A program made the translations under genes and the position numbers. From contig OY759599.1 in the NCBI GenBank assembly GCA_963662465.1, positions 1,568,001-1,632,000 on the forward strand: a stretch of DNA of 64,000 nucleotides, in the 5' to 3' direction. A model generated the notes under the pieces. It did no database searches. It saw nothing but the letters and a program-made list of their open reading frames with translations, and was not told the DNA's origin. The stretch comes from Desulfatiglandales bacterium. Lineage in GTDB: Bacteria > Desulfobacterota > DSM-4660 > Desulfatiglandales > Desulfatiglandaceae. Positions 60,655 through 64,000 of the stretch are shown here, piece after piece. Within the stretch, counting starts at the first letter, position 1. Each line of letters opens with the position of its first letter.

Positions 60655-61698
60655 TCAGCTCAGCTCTATTCCGATGCGGCGAAATGACGGCAGAACGTCC
60701 ATGAAAATGTCGAAGAGACGGGGGTCGAAACTCCGGCCCTTCTCCGGGGTCATGATGCGGAGAACCTCTTCTTCGGGCAGTGCCGCCCGGTAAGGACGGT
60801 CCATGATCAGGGCGTCATAGACGTCGCAGATGGCCGTGATGCGACCGCTCTCGGGAATTTCCTCCCCAGCCAGGCCATTGGGGTAGCCCGTGCCGTCCCA
60901 TTTTTCGTGGTGGGTCAGGGCAATGTCATGGGCCATGCGTATCAGCGGGATATCCGACCCGGCCAGAATGCCGGCCCCGATCCGGGGGTGATGCTTCACC
61001 CGTTCGCATTCTTCCCGGGTCAGTTTTCCCGGTTTGAGCAGGATGGTATCGGATATGCCGATCTTGCCGATATCGTGCATGGAGGCCGCCAATAGAATAT
61101 CATCCACGTCGCTTTGCCGCCATCCCGCCGCTTCCGCCAAGGTGGCGGCGTACCGGCCGATGCGGCGGATGTGGGCGCCGGTTTCCTCGTCTCTGAACTC
61201 AGTGGCCATCAGCAGTCTGACGATGATTTCTTCCTGGGATTTGCGAAGGGATTCGGTTCGCTCGCGCACTTCACGCTCGAGGTCCTGGGTATACCGCTTT
61301 TTCATGGCCACGAGCTTTCGCCTGTGCAGGGCCCCGGCCACATGGATGAAGATTTCATTCATTTCAAAGGGCTTGATGACGTAGCCGTAGGCCCCCAGTT
61401 CAAGGGCTTTTTCAGCCGTCCGGCGGTCATCCACCGCCGTCACCATGATGACGGCCACATCTGGTTGCTCCCAGGCGAACCGGGCCAGGAGTTCTATGCC
61501 CGACATGCCGGGCATCATGATGTCCAGTATGGCCAGTTCCGGGGGATCTTTCATCGCCATTTCCCAGGCCGCCTCACCGCTCGTGGCGGTTCTGCAGTCA
61601 TACCCCTGGGTGGACAACCAGCGCGCCAGCAGCCGGCACACATGATCTTCATCATCCACCACCAATATCCTGATATTTTTCTCCTCGGACACGCACAC
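60655..61698 (-). CDS. Response regulator with HD-GYP c-di-GMP phosphodiesterase domain (RpfG-like)
   Basis: REC domain; ETGAHIRR, HDIGK, HHEKWDGTGYP, DVYDAL...RPY. Confidence 0.93.
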   Translation of the reverse strand: MCVSEEKNIRILVVDDEDHVCRLLARWLSTQGYDCRTATSGEAAWEMAMKDPPELAILDIMMPGMSGIELLARFAWEQPDVAVIMVTAVDDRRTAEKALELGAYGYVIKPFEMNEIFIHVAGALHRRKLVAMKKRYTQDLEREVRERTESLRKSQEEIIVRLLMATEFRDEETGAHIRRIGRYAATLAEAAGWRQSDVDDILLAASMHDIGKIGISDTILLKPGKLTREECERVKHHPRIGAGILAGSDIPLIRMAHDIALTHHEKWDGTGYPNGLAGEEIPESGRITAICDVYDALIMDRPYRAALPEEEVLRIMTPEKGRSFDPRLFDIFMDVLPSFRRIGIELS

Positions 61699-61702
61699 CT
61701 CC

Positions 61703-64000
61703 TTATGGATTTGATCCGGCCAGAACCGCTTCGATCACCTGCACCAATCGGTCTGCTTCGAAGGGCTTCTGGATCAGGATGATTTCCGGGCCCACAATTC
61801 CGCGCTCGGCAATGACGTTTTCCGGGTATCCGGACATGTAAACCACTTTCAATGAGGGCTTGTGGGTCTTAAGGTTTTCGTACAACAGGCGTCCGTTCAT
61901 GCCCGGCAGCACCACATCGGTCAGAAGGAGCCCCACGCCTTCGCCTTCATGGGCGAACAGCCTTTGGGCATCGTCGGGATTGCCTGCGTGAAGTACGCTG
62001 TAGCCATAATTTTTAAGGGTCCTGACGCAAAGCTTCAGCACCACGGGGTCATCATCCACCACCAGGATTTTCCCCGTGACCGATACTTGGGGCACGAATC
62101 TTGTTTCCTTCTCCGGGGACGGCGGTTCATCGTCGCATGTCGGCAGATAGATATTGAAAGTGGCGCCCTTGTCAGGCTCGCTGGATACGGAAATATGACC
62201 GTCATGCTGTTTGACGATGCCGTACACCGTTGCCAGTCCCAGGCCGGTTCCCTCGCCTAACTTCTTCGTGGTGAAAAACGGTTCGAAAATATGGGATTGG
62301 GTGGCTTCATCCATACCCATTCCCGTGTCCGAGACGGCCATCATGACGTACTTTCCGGGCGTAACCCCGGAATGGCGGTCGGCATAGGTCTGGTCCAGCG
62401 TTACGTTGGCCGTTTTAAGGGTGAGCATCCCACCCTTCGGCATGGCGTGGCGGGCATTTACCGCCAGGTTCATGAGAATCTGATCCATTTGTCCTGTATC
62501 CGCTTTCACCCGTCCCAGGTTCTGGGCCGTTTCAATGGTAAGCTTGATGTCCTCCTCCAGAAGCCTGCCCAGCATCTTTCTCAAGTCCAGAATCTGTGCA
62601 TTCAGATCCAGAACCATGGGCTGAAGCGGCTGTCGACGGCTGAAGGCGAGGAGTTGACGGGTGATGTTGGCCGCCTTATCGGCCTGCTTATTGACTTCCA
62701 GAAGGTCTTTATATGCTGGAGAACTCTCTTCCGTCTCGACCAGGGCCAGTTGCGTAAAGCCCTTGATCCCCATCAGGCAGTTGTTGAAGTCATGGGCTAC
62801 GCCGCCCGCCAGTTGCCCTATCGACTCCAACCGCTGTATTTGTCGGAGTTCGGCCTCCACCTTTTCTTTTTCCGCCCTGGCCCGATTCCGATCCAGCCGC
62901 GTGCGGATAGCGGCGATGCCAAAGGCCATATCATCGGCCAATTGCACCAGGAGCTCTTTTTCCGATTCGTCAAAAGCATCCATTTTGTTTGAAACGACCA
63001 CCAGCGCACCTAATGTTCCAAGGGCTGAAATCAAGGGAAGGGAAATGCAGGATCGGAAACCCCGATCCAGGGCCGCATCCCGCCAGGGCGCAAATCCCGG
63101 ATCTGTGGCAATATCCCTGGAAATAATGGGTTGGCCCGTTCGAATGGCTGTGCCGGTGGGCCCCCGGCCTTTTTCCGTATCCGCCCAGGAGAGGTCCAAT
63201 AGTTCCAGGTAGCCTTTCTTAACACCGGCATAGGACACGGAGCGTATGGTTTTTTCCGCGTCATGTTCCGCAAAGGCGACCCATGTCAGTGCATAACCGC
63301 CTCTTTCCACAATGGTCGTACAGATTTGTTTCAGCAAACTCTCTTCTTCCTTGGCGCGGATGAGAATTTCATTGCACAGGGTGATGACCAGCAGGGATCG
63401 ATTGGCTCTTCGAAGCGATTCCTCAGCATTTTTTCGGCCGGTAATATCCCTGGCCACGGATACGCTGCCGATCACCTTTCCCTCACACCGGAGAGGCTCC
63501 CCGCTGATTTCCGCCCATTTTCGGGTGCCGTCCCGGGCAACAAATTCGTATACGACCATTTCCAACCGCTCACCTGAAAACATGCGCTGGGCGTCAGCCA
63601 CCGCTGTTGCCAGGTATTCCGGGGCTAAGAGCCCCAGGTCCATGACCGGAATATCCACCAGCTCATGGGGAGGATAGCCCAGCACTCTTTCCACCGAAGG
63701 CGTTATGCGCTGGATCCTGAGTTGCAGGTCCAGGGTGTAAACCACGTCAAATACGTTGTCGAACAGCACTTGAAACTGTTGCTCGCTTTCTCGGAGCTTT
63801 GACTCCGCCGCCCGCCGCTCCGACTCGCTTTTTTCAAGCCCTTCAGCCATTTGGTCAAAGGCCCGGGCCAGTTCGTTGATTTCCCCTTTTTTCCCGGTGA
63901 TGCCGGTGCGTGCGGAAAGATCCCCCTCTTGGAGACGTCTTGTGGCCTTCAGCAACCGCTGAGCAGGCCGCACAATCAGCCATCCCCCGAAGAACCAGGC
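61703..64000 (-). CDS. Hybrid sensor histidine kinase (HAMP-PAS-GAF-HisKA-HATPase-REC); 5' end outside window
   Basis: AHDFNN, NLAVNA, DTGMG, FEPFFTTK, GTGLGL, C-terminal REC. Confidence 0.93.
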   Translation of the reverse strand, partial: AWFFGGWLIVRPAQRLLKATRRLQEGDLSARTGITGKKGEINELARAFDQMAEGLEKSESERRAAESKLRESEQQFQVLFDNVFDVVYTLDLQLRIQRITPSVERVLGYPPHELVDIPVMDLGLLAPEYLATAVADAQRMFSGERLEMVVYEFVARDGTRKWAEISGEPLRCEGKVIGSVSVARDITGRKNAEESLRRANRSLLVITLCNEILIRAKEEESLLKQICTTIVERGGYALTWVAFAEHDAEKTIRSVSYAGVKKGYLELLDLSWADTEKGRGPTGTAIRTGQPIISRDIATDPGFAPWRDAALDRGFRSCISLPLISALGTLGALVVVSNKMDAFDESEKELLVQLADDMAFGIAAIRTRLDRNRARAEKEKVEAELRQIQRLESIGQLAGGVAHDFNNCLMGIKGFTQLALVETEESSPAYKDLLEVNKQADKAANITRQLLAFSRRQPLQPMVLDLNAQILDLRKMLGRLLEEDIKLTIETAQNLGRVKADTGQMDQILMNLAVNARHAMPKGGMLTLKTANVTLDQTYADRHSGVTPGKYVMMAVSDTGMGMDEATQSHIFEPFFTTKKLGEGTGLGLATVYGIVKQHDGHISVSSEPDKGATFNIYLPTCDDEPPSPEKETRFVPQVSVTGKILVVDDDPVVLKLCVRTLKNYGYSVLHAGNPDDAQRLFAHEGEGVGLLLTDVVLPGMNGRLLYENLKTHKPSLKVVYMSGYPENVIAERGIVGPEIILIQKPFEADRLVQVIEAVLAGSNP

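Noticed and set aside
1..64000. tRNA, rRNA or reverse transcriptase genes
   Set aside because: None recognised by eye; the island att site is in a protein gene rather than a tRNA.

Overview
Chromosomal window from a sulfate-reducer-like deltaproteobacterium (Desulfobacterota; inferred from protein and gene-order style only). Housekeeping genes lie at both ends: rsmB-rpe on the left; trkH-trkA, hldA(rfaE1)-DUF4416-yicC-remA-gmk, a trpEGDCFBA operon with a Trp-rich leader peptide and two terminators, an S8 protease, pyrD and a two-component pair on the right. Between them is a ~41.6-kb genomic island (1974-43551) bracketed by two copies of the rpe 3' end (~180 bp, ~88% identical). The island holds an 18.5-kb nest of seven mobile elements whose junctions can be resolved by eye. 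An unclassified IS with a 778-aa DDE transposase is split by three elements: an ISNCY element; an IS66-like element carrying DUF4338 and flanked by a perfect 112-bp duplication (itself hit by a RIT element and an IS200); and an IS91-like element (itself hit by an enlarged IS21 carrying ParB, HTH and Zn-finger genes). The right half of the island is a run of same-strand cargo genes separated by a modular family of non-coding repeats containing NrdR-box-like motifs. The cargo includes secreted proteins, a CxxG-repeat RiPP precursor, a caspase-DUF1566 protein with a DGR-like variable region and a vapBC pair, followed by debris of a lasso-peptide-type cluster. All calls were made by eye; no searches were run.
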